Shown here one piece after another: positions 10,072-20,262 of a stretch of 64,000 bases of DNA. The stretch's first letter is position 1; every line of letters starts with the position of its first letter. Source of the DNA: Candidatus Bathyarchaeia archaeon (GTDB taxonomy: Archaea; Thermoproteota; Bathyarchaeia; TCS64); assembly GCA_050014495.1 (NCBI GenBank), contig JBEKDF010000002.1, forward strand, positions 106,244 to 170,243. Reading direction: 5' to 3'. The notes below the pieces were generated by a model that had not been told where the DNA came from, did no database searches, and worked only from the letters and a program-made list of their open reading frames with translations. The translations under genes and the position numbers were made by a program.

Positions 10072-10488
10072 CTATTCAGAAATCAGAATGTTATTTTCTT
10101 TAGCTAACCGATAAGCGTCGACTATAATTTCTTCAGGGGGCATTCCAGCGAGATTTGCTAAAAAACCCAAATTCACTGCATTTGTGCGACTATCTTTTAG
10201 ATCCTTAAATATTTTCTCTAATAAGGTGGTCTTACTTTCATAGTTCCAAAGAGCGTATTTTCCGTCGATTATCTTTATAACATTCTCATCTAATAATGTT
10301 GGCTCATCACGAGAGAATGTTGAGGGGCTAATGCTAGCTTCCTTAATTAGTTGATTCTTTTCTAATGGCTGTTCCTTGATTAGCGCTACTATAATAGCTG
10401 CATCGGAGCTTAAGCCGTGTTTTTGACTGATTCTCTTCCGAGGATCCTTATGTTTCATTTTTGCAAACTCACTATAACGTCTTTGCAT
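10072..10488 (-). CDS. Putative winged-helix DNA-binding protein
   Basis: IIVALIKEQPLEKNQLIKEASISPSTFSRD...LLDENVIK resembles a wHTH; AT-rich. Confidence 0.55.
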   Translation of the reverse strand: MQRRYSEFAKMKHKDPRKRISQKHGLSSDAAIIVALIKEQPLEKNQLIKEASISPSTFSRDEPTLLDENVIKIIDGKYALWNYESKTTLLEKIFKDLKDSRTNAVNLGFLANLAGMPPEEIIVDAYRLAKENNILISE

Positions 10489-10531
10489 TTTTGCATAATA
10501 AATGTTTTTTGAAATTTTAACTTCATATTAG

Positions 10532-10978
10532 GTGAAGAAAATGTCTAGAAAACGTACACAAAAAAGTATAGGACTAGATGAACTTCCCCAAAAAGTACGA
10601 AGCTGTCTCATCAAGTTGATGACCGAGTTTCATATCGATGATGTCGAGGAAGCACTGGTGAAGATGGCTGCGCTCGCTGATAGTAACAGTCACGAGTTTT
10701 GGAGTATGGTGGGGGATCAGGGTGAGATGAAATATAAGTCTCGACACTTTAAGGAAATGAATCGAACAGTGGCTACCATTAAGAAGACCGCTGAGGAAAA
10801 GACTAAAACGGAATATGAAAGGGGATGGGGTGTCGCCTATCAGAGCTATGCAATAATGTACCCATGTAGTATCTGTGGGGGCATGATTCCCCTTACACCC
10901 AACAGCGAGGCGCATAAGGCAATCGTTAACTATCTTCAAGAGAAGGGTTGGGCACATTTTGAGTGTATGAACAGGTAG
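10532..10978 (+). CDS. Hypothetical protein with C-terminal Zn-binding motif
   Basis: YPCSICG ... HFEC; helical N-terminus. Confidence 0.65.
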   Translation: MKKMSRKRTQKSIGLDELPQKVRSCLIKLMTEFHIDDVEEALVKMAALADSNSHEFWSMVGDQGEMKYKSRHFKEMNRTVATIKKTAEEKTKTEYERGWGVAYQSYAIMYPCSICGGMIPLTPNSEAHKAIVNYLQEKGWAHFECMNR

Positions 10979-11631
10979 TATCGATAGAGTTATGGAGATC
11001 TGACAATTATGCTTCGAGGGTCTTAAGATAAAACAACGAATTATCCACGGTCTTATGTCGGTGAAGTCACGGGGTTTATAGGTGGTAATAATGAGATTTA
11101 TTGATGGGATTACGGAGGAGAAATAGGCATCTTCGATTTTTTCAGTTAATGAGTCTTCCTGACATCTCTATGAATGGCTATAGTATTTCTGGAGAAGTAG
11201 AATGTTTAAGACAGGAGTGTGGATGTTTGTGTTCGTACAATCGCGCGTGTAATCTATTGTATAGCGTCTCGCGTGCGCCGATGTGTGTGGGGCGCATGGG
11301 ATTTTGAGTTCATTTATTTGTGGTTTTCTGCTTGCGTGACTTGGGCTTGTCGCGATGTTCATTTTGGCAGTCTGTTCATTTTGGACAACTATGATGCTAT
11401 AGTGTGTTCATCATGATGCGTAGTTGGAGTTTTGGAGTTATTGGTTGTCTCTAGTGTTTTTTTTATTGGGCTTAATTTTCACCTGTTTTTTTTTGATTTT
11501 TGTTTGCAGAATCGCAAAAGATGCTCTCTTAGCTTTTTCTCCACCTTAGTTTTTGTCTCTGGTTAGGTTTCCTTCGTAACAAGTTTTTTGAGGAAGGTGT
11601 GTGTGCGCGCAGTTTACCTTAGTGGAAGTGT

Positions 11632-12546
11632 CTAGAAGATCCTGACCCCGCTGCGCCTAGCATCTTTGAGCTCCTCCTCATCCCAGCCCCCAAATATAGA
11701 CGCGGCTAACTTGAGGTAACCAATCTTGTTAGGGTCTTTTCCCTCGAGGGTCGCTACGAAGGCGTCCAGCCTCACCGAGTCCTCGCATCCGAGGAGTAGC
11801 CCCTGGTTCTTCGCAGTGTTCGGCTTGATCGCCTCCTCCGCGGTTTTCCCGATGGAGGCCGTCAGCACTCCGTCCACCATTCCCTTCACGTCGAAGATGG
11901 AGTGGTACACCTTGTTGATGTCAATGATGCACTGATCCAGCTTACAATCAAGCTCTCCGTGATACTTGCTTCGCCCTGGCCCAGGTATCATACCGAACAG
12001 GTTCTTCAGTGTGAGGCTTAACACGATGGGCTCGTGGTTCAGCCTGTACTTGGCTAGGCTCAGGAAGGTGCCTCCCCTCATCTCGAAGAGGCACGTTGGG
12101 ACCTGCGCGTACATCTCATCGAAGAGTACCGGTGGGTATTTGTCCGCCATCTTTTTGATCACCCCCGGCTCCACGACGCGTTTCGCCCAAACCTCCTCAG
12201 TCACGTTCAGATACTCCACATCGTGCTTCTTCAGCACGTCGCCGACACCCGAGTACTTGAGGAACCACTCGTCACTCTTCTTCAGGTCACTCCTCTTCTG
12301 GGATCCAATTCCCTTCCCATTCAGAGCGTCCTCCGTCCTCGCCCACCCGTAGCTCTCAACGACCAGCGCCTCCCCGCCGATCTCAGACAGCACGCCGTCT
12401 AGCACAGCCGCTTCCGTGAAGTTGTTGATGGTCCCCCAATTCGGTTTGATGATAACGGGTGGCCTCAGATTCAGCTCAGAGACAATGTTATGGTATATCG
12501 AAGGATCCGTTGACTGCTCCATAATGACTTTACCATATCTCAACAA
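11632..12546 (-). CDS. DUF362 domain-containing protein
   Basis: VIIKPNW, VVES, SLTLKNLFGMIPG, RLDAFVA. Confidence 0.8.
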   Translation of the reverse strand: MLRYGKVIMEQSTDPSIYHNIVSELNLRPPVIIKPNWGTINNFTEAAVLDGVLSEIGGEALVVESYGWARTEDALNGKGIGSQKRSDLKKSDEWFLKYSGVGDVLKKHDVEYLNVTEEVWAKRVVEPGVIKKMADKYPPVLFDEMYAQVPTCLFEMRGGTFLSLAKYRLNHEPIVLSLTLKNLFGMIPGPGRSKYHGELDCKLDQCIIDINKVYHSIFDVKGMVDGVLTASIGKTAEEAIKPNTAKNQGLLLGCEDSVRLDAFVATLEGKDPNKIGYLKLAASIFGGWDEEELKDARRSGVRIF

Positions 12547-12581
12547 CTCTTCCCCCGAAAATAGGATCTCAGGTTAGGGGA

Positions 12582-13766
12582 CTACGCGAAGACTTCCTCA
12601 AACCTCTTCACGAGCTCCTTCTCCTGGCCGGGTAGCAGCATCAGAGTGTTGACTATGAAGTTGTTGCTGTCCCCCCAATAGCGGACCCAGACCTCCGGGT
12701 CTCCCTCCCTAAGCTTCTTCACGATCACCCCAACCTCGTCGATCCCCTTGTCGAGGAAGTGCACATCGAGGCCCAGGGTGTTGTACGCTGTCCCTGTACC
12801 GCTCTTGGGAATGAAGTTGATACGCGCCTCCTTGAGGCCGGGGAGCTTCCTGATCCTCTTCTCGATGTAGCGAGCCCTCTCCCACGCCGGTGCTATCCTC
12901 TCCGCCTCGTGGTCGAGCGCCATCCACCTCTTGAATGCCACAACTAGTCCAACTATCTCCTGCCGGTCGAGTTTGTAACCCCGACCGATGCCGCGCCACT
13001 TCCCCGGCGTCTCATCCGGCCCTGACTCTACCCCGATGAAGCTATGTAGAGCCATCGCCTCCATGAGGTCCCTCCGCCCGATGGCGAAGCCGGTGCTATT
13101 CGGCCCATGCACGTACTTCCCACCGAAGGCAATAATATCCGCCTTCATGTCCGTGAACATCTTGAAGTTGCTAGTCGGATAAGTCATGCCCGCCGCGTCG
13201 ACGATGACTGGCACACCATGATTATGAGCCATCTTGAGCAGATCCTTCAACTGGGGCACCCCCCTCTTCGGCACTATTGGGTAAGCGTAGTGGATCGCCG
13301 CAGTCCTATCCGTTATCGCGGCCTCGAACTCATCCACACCACAGCCCCAGTTCTCGTCCCCAACGAAGACGAACTTGCCGCCTGCCACCTCCATGGCGCG
13401 GTCATAGACGTAGAGCCTATTGTTTCTCCCGATGATGAACTCATTCCTCATCCCCGTCGAGTCGGGGAGGCGCCTCATCTTCTCGGGGTCCTTCCCAGCC
13501 ATGCATGCGGCAGCGCCTAGGACGAGGGCCGCGAATCCCCCGCTAGTTATCCAGGCGGCTTCCGCGCCAGTCCCCTTAGCAATGATTGCGCTCCCCTTCT
13601 CAAGCAGCTCCCACATGTTACAGTAGCTCTCATTCGCCCTATCCATCGCCTCTTGCACCTCCCTTGGTACGGTGCTACCACCCAATCGAGTAAGGGCGAA
13701 AGCCGCATTCACCACTCTCTTGCAACCAAGCTCAGAATAAACACTCATGGAAGGGAAGAAAGCCAC
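12582..13766 (-). CDS. SelA/DgaE-like PLP-dependent enzyme
   Basis: VVNAAFALTRLGGS, AACMAG, VIVDAAG, FGGKYVHGPNSTG, IGRGYKLDRQEIVG. Confidence 0.85.
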   Translation of the reverse strand: MAFFPSMSVYSELGCKRVVNAAFALTRLGGSTVPREVQEAMDRANESYCNMWELLEKGSAIIAKGTGAEAAWITSGGFAALVLGAAACMAGKDPEKMRRLPDSTGMRNEFIIGRNNRLYVYDRAMEVAGGKFVFVGDENWGCGVDEFEAAITDRTAAIHYAYPIVPKRGVPQLKDLLKMAHNHGVPVIVDAAGMTYPTSNFKMFTDMKADIIAFGGKYVHGPNSTGFAIGRRDLMEAMALHSFIGVESGPDETPGKWRGIGRGYKLDRQEIVGLVVAFKRWMALDHEAERIAPAWERARYIEKRIRKLPGLKEARINFIPKSGTGTAYNTLGLDVHFLDKGIDEVGVIVKKLREGDPEVWVRYWGDSNNFIVNTLMLLPGQEKELVKRFEEVFA

Positions 13767-13790
13767 GACGCGATAAAACAGTTTGCAGAA

Positions 13791-14258
13791 TCAGCGGTAC
13801 TCCTCGATCCCCCGCTCCCTGCGGAGAAAGTCGCCCAGATCGAAGACATTCTTGAGCATCATCTTCTCGTCACTAATCTCAATCTTCCCATAGCCGAGGC
13901 AGTCCCCCCCGAGCATCACGAGGAAACATGCACCCTCAACGAAATCGCCCTCAGACTTTAGTATGCTCTCTGCGAAGACGTCTCTTCCACAGGCGAAGAG
14001 CCACCCAACCCGCTCATCCACCCACACCTTGTTGGGTCCCTCCAACCTACCCAGCTCACGGAGCAGTATGGCGCTTGGAATGAAATCCCCTCTGGTTCTC
14101 CCGAGGAGTTTCCCAGCGTAGACCATCCTACCCCTGTCAAAGATCTCTGCTGCGACATCCGACCCCGCGGCGAAGCGCCTATCGTTGAGGTTTACACGCG
14201 CCCCAGCGGGCTCGTAGACGGCACCAATAGCCACTAGGAAATCCTTGAGTTCCCTCAT
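13791..14258 (-). CDS. NIP7-like PUA-domain ribosome biogenesis protein
   Basis: WLFACGRDVF, CLGYG, NVFDLGDFLRRER; translationally coupled to the Nop2-type methyltransferase. Confidence 0.75.
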   Translation of the reverse strand: MRELKDFLVAIGAVYEPAGARVNLNDRRFAAGSDVAAEIFDRGRMVYAGKLLGRTRGDFIPSAILLRELGRLEGPNKVWVDERVGWLFACGRDVFAESILKSEGDFVEGACFLVMLGGDCLGYGKIEISDEKMMLKNVFDLGDFLRRERGIEEYR

Positions 14259-15139
14259 GGCTTCACCACCTTCGCGACGAAGAATCCCTGAGTCCCAGTC
14301 TCATCTGGCCAGAACCTCCTGCACCTCGCCAACTCTGAGCTCAGGCTCCTGCCCAGAACCTCCGTCAACGCGTGGCTACCTGGTCCTACTACCTCCTCCA
14401 GCATGATGTCATGATTATCCATGAGCCACTGCACGTTTAGCTCATCCTCCTCAGGCTCGAGGCTACACGTGGTGTAGACGAGAGTTCCCCCATGCCTGAG
14501 CTGCCCCACAGCGGCCCCTAGTAGCCTCCTCTGCTCCGCCGCGTTACCCTCAACATCTCCTATGCTACGTTTGCTGAACCAAGATCTATCTGTCACGTAA
14601 TTCCCGGAGCAGGGTGCGTCGAGTAGAATCTTGTCGAAGAGGGTGCCCCCGTAGTCGAGCCCCACCGCATCGGCATGGTATGCGACGCAGTTCTCCACCC
14701 CTGTACGCTCAAGGTTGTTCTCCAGGGCGTATAGGCGGTCCCTGCGTACATCGACGGCGACTATGGCTCCCCTGTTCTCCATCCACGCTGCCATCTGCGT
14801 CGTCTTACCCCCTGGGGCTGCACACATGTCTAGCACCACCTCTCCTTCACCAGGCCTGAGCACCTCCACGGGGAACTGAGCCGCCGCCTCCTGGATCGAG
14901 TATAGGCCTAGGAGGTACTCGAAGCTCGCGCCGAAGCTCGCCTCACCCCCCTCGACATAGAATCCATTCCTCAGCCACGGTATACCTGTAAGCCTCGCCC
15001 CCCGCGCCTCGAGTCTACCCACGACCTCCTCCCTACCAGATAGGAGAGTGTTGACCCTTATCGCCCTCTTCGTCCTCTCGTCGCCCCTAAGCTCATGTCC
15101 CATCGCGCTGTAGCGTTCGAGGAAGAAGCCGGCGCCCAT
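14255..15139 (-). CDS. RsmB/NOP2 family RNA m5C methyltransferase
   Basis: VLDMCAAPGGKT, DKILLDAPCSG, LVYTTCSL, TQGFFVA. Confidence 0.95.
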   Translation of the reverse strand: MGAGFFLERYSAMGHELRGDERTKRAIRVNTLLSGREEVVGRLEARGARLTGIPWLRNGFYVEGGEASFGASFEYLLGLYSIQEAAAQFPVEVLRPGEGEVVLDMCAAPGGKTTQMAAWMENRGAIVAVDVRRDRLYALENNLERTGVENCVAYHADAVGLDYGGTLFDKILLDAPCSGNYVTDRSWFSKRSIGDVEGNAAEQRRLLGAAVGQLRHGGTLVYTTCSLEPEEDELNVQWLMDNHDIMLEEVVGPGSHALTEVLGRSLSSELARCRRFWPDETGTQGFFVAKVVKP

Positions 15140-15231
15140 GGGACGCTTCTACTCAGGAAGCGATTTAACCATTCCCACGGACCTACCCAGGTTTATAGCC
15201 TCGACGCAGACTCATTTTCAAGGTGAGCTAA

Positions 15232-16269
15232 TTGGCTAGACCTAGGGCAAGGGAATTTGGCATCCAGCTGGGCTCGATGGAGGCTGGTAAGCTGAACACT
15301 ATCACAGATGTCGAAGGCGTCGGAGTCGGTCACTCAACCCTCATCGAGGGTGACTCAATCAGGACCGGCGTCACCGCCATAACACCCCACTCTGGGGACC
15401 TCACCGAGGATAAGGTCGTAGCCGCCGTCGACCTATTCAATGCTTACGGGAAATCCACCGGCCTACCCCAGATAATCTACGAGGGAGTCCTTGAAACACC
15501 AATAATGCTCACTGAGACCCTGAACACGTGGAGGGTCGCTGATGCAGTAATCGACTACCACCGAGACAAGATGGGACTCGAACTCGGCTCTCTAAACGTC
15601 GTCGTTGGGGAGACGAACGGTGGCTACCTCACCGACAACCTCGGCAGGCAAGTAGGCGTAGAGAATGTTTTCGCAGCCCTTGATCTTGCCAGAAGCTACA
15701 AGGGCAGAAGTAAGGTTCCCGAGGGCAACGTCGGTGGGGGCACCCCGATGACCGGCTATGGCTTCAAGGGAGGTATAGGCACCGCCAGCCGACTCAGCGA
15801 CGGCTTCACAGTCGGAGTACTCGTCCAGCTCAACTGCGGCAGCAAGGAGGACCTCACCATCGCCGGTGTCCCCGTCGGAAGTGAGGTCAAACTGCCGAGC
15901 AAGCCAGTTGCAAGCCCAGGAAACAGCATAATGATGATAGTCGCGACAGACCTCGCCCTGGATTCGAGGCAGCTCTGGAAGGTAGCGAAGAGGGCAGCCC
16001 TCGGCCTGGCACGCACCGGCACCTACAGTGGCAATGGAAGCGGCGACTTCACAATAGCTTTCACCACTGGGAAGATGCCTCCCACTGTCCACGGGGACGA
16101 GTCACTAAACCCCGTTTACAAGGCAACTGTGGAGGCGACGGAGGAGGCGGTCGTCAACGCCCTATTCGCAGCGGAGACCATGACTGGCTACAAAGGCCAT
16201 ATGAGGTACGCCCTCCCCCTCGACCAGGTCAGGGAGATATTCGCCCATTACGGGCGTGACCTACCCTAG
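15232..16269 (+). CDS. dmpA: DmpA-like aminopeptidase (peptidase family P1/S58)
   Basis: NTITDVEGVGVGH, RTGVTAI, GFKGGIGTASR, NGSGD autocleavage site, EATEEAVVNAL. Confidence 0.9.
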   Translation: MARPRAREFGIQLGSMEAGKLNTITDVEGVGVGHSTLIEGDSIRTGVTAITPHSGDLTEDKVVAAVDLFNAYGKSTGLPQIIYEGVLETPIMLTETLNTWRVADAVIDYHRDKMGLELGSLNVVVGETNGGYLTDNLGRQVGVENVFAALDLARSYKGRSKVPEGNVGGGTPMTGYGFKGGIGTASRLSDGFTVGVLVQLNCGSKEDLTIAGVPVGSEVKLPSKPVASPGNSIMMIVATDLALDSRQLWKVAKRAALGLARTGTYSGNGSGDFTIAFTTGKMPPTVHGDESLNPVYKATVEATEEAVVNALFAAETMTGYKGHMRYALPLDQVREIFAHYGRDLP

Positions 16270-16318
16270 CTGGTAAACGTTAAACCCCCTCGAGCGCCAA
16301 ATATCTCGGTGCATCTTC

Positions 16319-17650
16319 TTGCCTAGCCTCCAAGGTCCAAAAATAGTCGCGGGACCACCAGGCCCACGAGTCACCAAGCTCCTCACCGACTCTGGCTTGG
16401 ACCCATCCTCTTACTCGAGCCCCATAGTCGACGAGGCGAGGGGCATCTACGTCAAGGACCTCGACGGGAACATCTTCTTAGACCTCATCTCGGGGCGCTG
16501 CGTCGCCAACACTGGCTACAACCATCCCAGGGTCGTTGAGGCTGTGAAGGCACAAGTCGAAAGGAGCATTCACTGGCAGACTGAACAGTCCTACACACTC
16601 ATCTCTAGACTCGAGGCGATGTTAGCCTCGGGACCGAAGCAGGTCTACTGGAGCCAATCAGGGAGCCTCGCCAACGACCACGCAATCAAGGCCGTTCGAA
16701 GAGCCACGGGGAGGCCACTGATCCTGAGCTTCACGGGGAGCTACCACGGGAGCAGCATGGGAGCCATCAGCCTCAGCGGCTACGACCCAAGCATGAAGAG
16801 GCACTACGGTCCCCTCCTCCCTGGCATCATCCACGTCCCATACGCCTCATGCTACAGGTGTCCCCTGAAGATGAAGCACCCCGATTGTAGTCTCGCATGC
16901 CTCAGCTACATAGAGGACGTAGCCTTCAAGAGCTACATACCCTCAGACGAAGTCGCGGCCATCTTCGTTGAGCCAGTCCAGGGGGACGCCGGATGGCATG
17001 TCCCCCCACCTGGGTGGCACGATGGATTAAAGAGACTCTGCGAAAGGCATGGTATCCTCCACGTGGCGGATGAGGTTCAGACTGGCTTTGGAAGAACGGG
17101 GACATGGCTAGGGATGGACCACTGGGGCGTCAAACCCGACGTCGTGATACTTGGGAAGGCGATGGGGAGCGGCGTTCCAATCAGCGCAGTCGTCCTCGGC
17201 AGGGACTTACTCGAGTCGACAGACCCCGAGCCAATCCCCATACACGCCCAGAGCTTCAGCGCCACACCCCTCGGCACCGCCGCGGCACACGCCACAATGG
17301 ATGTAATCCGTGACGAGAAACTCTGTGAAAACTCGGAGAAGATTGGGGTATACATGAGAAAGAGACTAATCGAGCTCATGGATGAGCACCCGAGCATCGG
17401 CGACGTAAGGGGAATAGGCCTGCTGATAGGCATAGAGATAGTCAAAGACAGGGAGAAAAAAATCCCAGACCCCGGAACCGCCAACGCGATCTGCTCGGAG
17501 GCATTCAAGAGGGGCGTATACACACTCAACATGGGTAGCTACGGTGGCAGAGCCATCCGAGTCGCCCCACCCCTAATAATCGACGAGGCACAGGCTGACA
17601 CCGCCATAGATCTACTCGAGGAATCCATAGGAAAGGCGGAGACTGGTTAG
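16319..17650 (+). CDS. Class III PLP aminotransferase (GabT/ArgD-like)
   Basis: SYHGSS, FVEPVQGDAG, DEVQTGFGRTG, LGKAMGSG. Confidence 0.93.
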   Translation: MPSLQGPKIVAGPPGPRVTKLLTDSGLDPSSYSSPIVDEARGIYVKDLDGNIFLDLISGRCVANTGYNHPRVVEAVKAQVERSIHWQTEQSYTLISRLEAMLASGPKQVYWSQSGSLANDHAIKAVRRATGRPLILSFTGSYHGSSMGAISLSGYDPSMKRHYGPLLPGIIHVPYASCYRCPLKMKHPDCSLACLSYIEDVAFKSYIPSDEVAAIFVEPVQGDAGWHVPPPGWHDGLKRLCERHGILHVADEVQTGFGRTGTWLGMDHWGVKPDVVILGKAMGSGVPISAVVLGRDLLESTDPEPIPIHAQSFSATPLGTAAAHATMDVIRDEKLCENSEKIGVYMRKRLIELMDEHPSIGDVRGIGLLIGIEIVKDREKKIPDPGTANAICSEAFKRGVYTLNMGSYGGRAIRVAPPLIIDEAQADTAIDLLEESIGKAETG

Positions 17651-18945
17651 GGTCTGTAGCTCCTCACGAAGTCCTCGGTCGCGAATAGGTAATTGTCGAC
17701 ATCCTCAGTTGTGTGGGGGCTGCTTATCCAGCAGTGGCTCACGTTCGGGTTGAGGAAGACTATACCCTTATCAAGCATGTTTGTGAAGTACGCCTTCGTG
17801 GCGGCCAAATCGTTTTTGGATGTGTCCGAGGCGTTGCGGGGGATCTTCGCCTGGAAGTGGATGGCGAAGGTTGAGCCGACGCCTGTAACCGTTGCGGGCA
17901 GCTTTCCTCTCTCAAAGACGTCTTCGAGTCCGTCTCTCATTCGCCTCCCCAGCTTGTCGATGCTGATGTAGATCTTCCCATCCTTGAGGAGATCTAGAGT
18001 CATACAGCCCGCGATCATGCTCACGGGATTGCCCGTGAATGTGCCACCGTGGGCGACGCGTTCCTCCGTCTTCGGATACTTTCTCTGGTCTATGAGTTCC
18101 ATTATATCGGCTGGGCCGCAGAAGGCTCCGATGGGGAAACCCCCCCCTATGATCTTGCCGAGGATGGTCAGATCGGGTTTGACTCCGTAGAGCTCCTGGG
18201 CTCCCCCCGGGGCTAGGCGGAACCCCGTCACCACCTCGTCGAAGACTAGTAGGGTCCCGGTCTCGTCGCAGACTTCCCGTAACCCCTGTAGGTAGCCTGG
18301 CTCTGGTGTGATGAAGCCCGCGGCTGCCATCACCGGCTCTAGAATAATGCATGCATATTCCCTGGTTCTGATGCGTTTTTTAGCTGCCTCTAGGTCGTTG
18401 AAGGGAACCGCATCTGTATCCTCGGTCGTCTTCGGGTTCAACCCCGCTGACTCCGATTTCGTGTATGGATAGGTCACCGCTTTGTGGAGGCTATCATATC
18501 CCCCATGCCATCCCCCCTCTACCTTGAGCATCTTCATCCTGTTAGCGTATGCTCGGGCAAGGCGGGTCCCATACATGTTAGCCTCAGTCCCGCTCGTGCA
18601 GTATCTCACCATCTCCGCCGAGGGGACGTTTCTCACGATCCTCTCCGCCAGCTCGATCTCAAGCTCGTGGCTGAATCCTATGTGGGTCCCTTTGGGTAGC
18701 TGCTTCTTCACGGCGTCCATCACCCTCCGTGGGCTGTGACCCAGGATCAGCGCGCCGTGGCCCACCCAGTAGTCCGTGTACTCGTTCCCATCCACGTCTC
18801 TGAGCTTTACGCCCTGGGCTTCCTCAACGAAGAATGGGTATGGAGGAAGTGCACGTATCCCATAGCTAACACCGGAAGGTAGAACCTTGCAGGCCCTATC
18901 AAACAACTCCTTTGACTTCAGTGTCTTCCTAGCGAAACCGCTCAT
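17647..18945 (-). CDS. hemL: Glutamate-1-semialdehyde 2,1-aminomutase-like class III aminotransferase
   Basis: SGTEAN, FDEVVTGFR, LGKIIGGGFPIG, GGTFTGNP. Confidence 0.8.
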   Translation of the reverse strand: MSGFARKTLKSKELFDRACKVLPSGVSYGIRALPPYPFFVEEAQGVKLRDVDGNEYTDYWVGHGALILGHSPRRVMDAVKKQLPKGTHIGFSHELEIELAERIVRNVPSAEMVRYCTSGTEANMYGTRLARAYANRMKMLKVEGGWHGGYDSLHKAVTYPYTKSESAGLNPKTTEDTDAVPFNDLEAAKKRIRTREYACIILEPVMAAAGFITPEPGYLQGLREVCDETGTLLVFDEVVTGFRLAPGGAQELYGVKPDLTILGKIIGGGFPIGAFCGPADIMELIDQRKYPKTEERVAHGGTFTGNPVSMIAGCMTLDLLKDGKIYISIDKLGRRMRDGLEDVFERGKLPATVTGVGSTFAIHFQAKIPRNASDTSKNDLAATKAYFTNMLDKGIVFLNPNVSHCWISSPHTTEDVDNYLFATEDFVRSYRP

Positions 18946-19173
18946 CAGGTACCCCAGCCATGGGATACGGGTCTCACGTATTAATTATTTTTAACGGGAT
19001 TTTTAATTGATTTAATGGGGAATGACTTTCGGGGTCGTTTATAAACGTCATTATGTTTGGTGATGTGGTTTTCACCTTTTGATCTTAGAAATTTTTAAAC
19101 TATTACGAATGAAAGCAAAGCTAATGATTTCGTCACAAGCTGTGCGTGTATAATGACCAAATTACCCTTCAAC

Positions 19174-19188
19174 ACCGATACTATCGGT
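19174..19188. promoter_or_regulatory. Perfect palindrome ACCGATA-C-TATCGGT, possible operator
   Basis: 7-1-7 inverted repeat with an extra half-site ACCGATA at 19214-19220. Confidence 0.45.
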
Positions 19189-19356
19189 AGTTATAATCTA
19201 TTTACCTAAACCAACCGATATTTCTGCCGGATTGGATACTGATATACTGATCATGCAAGGATCGAAGGCGACATAGAGCTGTTCTAAATACTAGCATTCG
19301 CGCACTCGAGATTAGATGTGTATACTATCAAATAACTGAGAATCGTTAGGGTATAA

Positions 19357-20247
19357 GTGGTGACTACCCTGCAATTGAGCTCCAAGATAGCTGTCGTCGC
19401 CGCTCTCTCTCTCGGCGCAATCATGCTAGCCGCCCTAACCATAATGCAGACACCAAACTTCAACACAAGAACAATCCAAGTTGAATACGTCGGGTACAAA
19501 GATTTCAAGGAACTAGCCGAATCCGCCAAAGTGATCGTGACGGGAACCGTCGAATCGATCAAGTCCACAAGCAACGCCAGCGCCCAGATCCCGTCCACAA
19601 CCTTCGAGGTGAAGATCGAGAGAATATCCAAGCTCTCCCCAGACGGGGGAATGGGAACAGTCATGGTTCAACAGTTCGGCTCCAAGAGTGGAAGATTCAC
19701 GGTGGAGGAAGCCGATAACCCCTTGATGAAGATGGGCGACGAGTACGTGTTCTTCCTCGTAGGCGGAGAGGATAATGGCTGGCAAGTTCCCTACGGAACA
19801 ACCGGGCCATACGGGAAATTCCAAGTCATCTCAGGCACCATTTACCCACTCAGCCAAAGCTGGTCACGGTATCAGGGGATGAGCCTGTATCAGTTCCTCG
19901 GCGAGGTGGATTCCGCACTCGGAGTCAAGACGACCTACTCGTCCCTCTGGGAGGCCAAACCTGAGATAGTGAATCAGACCGAATGGAAGATCCTACCTCC
20001 ATCGGAGTATCCCGCCCCCGTTTGGCTTCTGGAGACGTGGATCGGGAAGATCGGTCTCCATTGGGATGAGCTGTCGAAGAAGGGTGTCATCCTCTGGTCC
20101 TGTGGTCGTGTGGGGAATGGGAAGCTACTGGTAAGCATGGATGTTGTCTCAAATGAGACCGTGAGTACCTTCATGGAAACGATTCAGGGCGAGGTCCCAC
20201 CCGGAATACTTATGATAGCAAAGGGTTCGCCAGCTATAGCGGTCTAG
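19357..20247 (+). CDS. Hypothetical membrane-anchored/secreted protein
   Basis: N-terminal TM helix; ELAESAKVIVTGTV...GDEYVFFL OB-like domain; C-terminal domain resembles that of 24278-24895. Confidence 0.75.
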   Translation: MVTTLQLSSKIAVVAALSLGAIMLAALTIMQTPNFNTRTIQVEYVGYKDFKELAESAKVIVTGTVESIKSTSNASAQIPSTTFEVKIERISKLSPDGGMGTVMVQQFGSKSGRFTVEEADNPLMKMGDEYVFFLVGGEDNGWQVPYGTTGPYGKFQVISGTIYPLSQSWSRYQGMSLYQFLGEVDSALGVKTTYSSLWEAKPEIVNQTEWKILPPSEYPAPVWLLETWIGKIGLHWDELSKKGVILWSCGRVGNGKLLVSMDVVSNETVSTFMETIQGEVPPGILMIAKGSPAIAV

Positions 20248-20262
20248 ATTACATTCTATGCT

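Noticed and set aside
11101..11416. Three overlapping 64-68 aa ORFs
   Set aside because: Mutually overlapping, atypical composition and no motifs; probably non-coding.
12582..13766. True selenocysteine synthase SelA
   Set aside because: Shorter DgaE-like architecture with no selenium-related neighbours; archaea use SepSecS.
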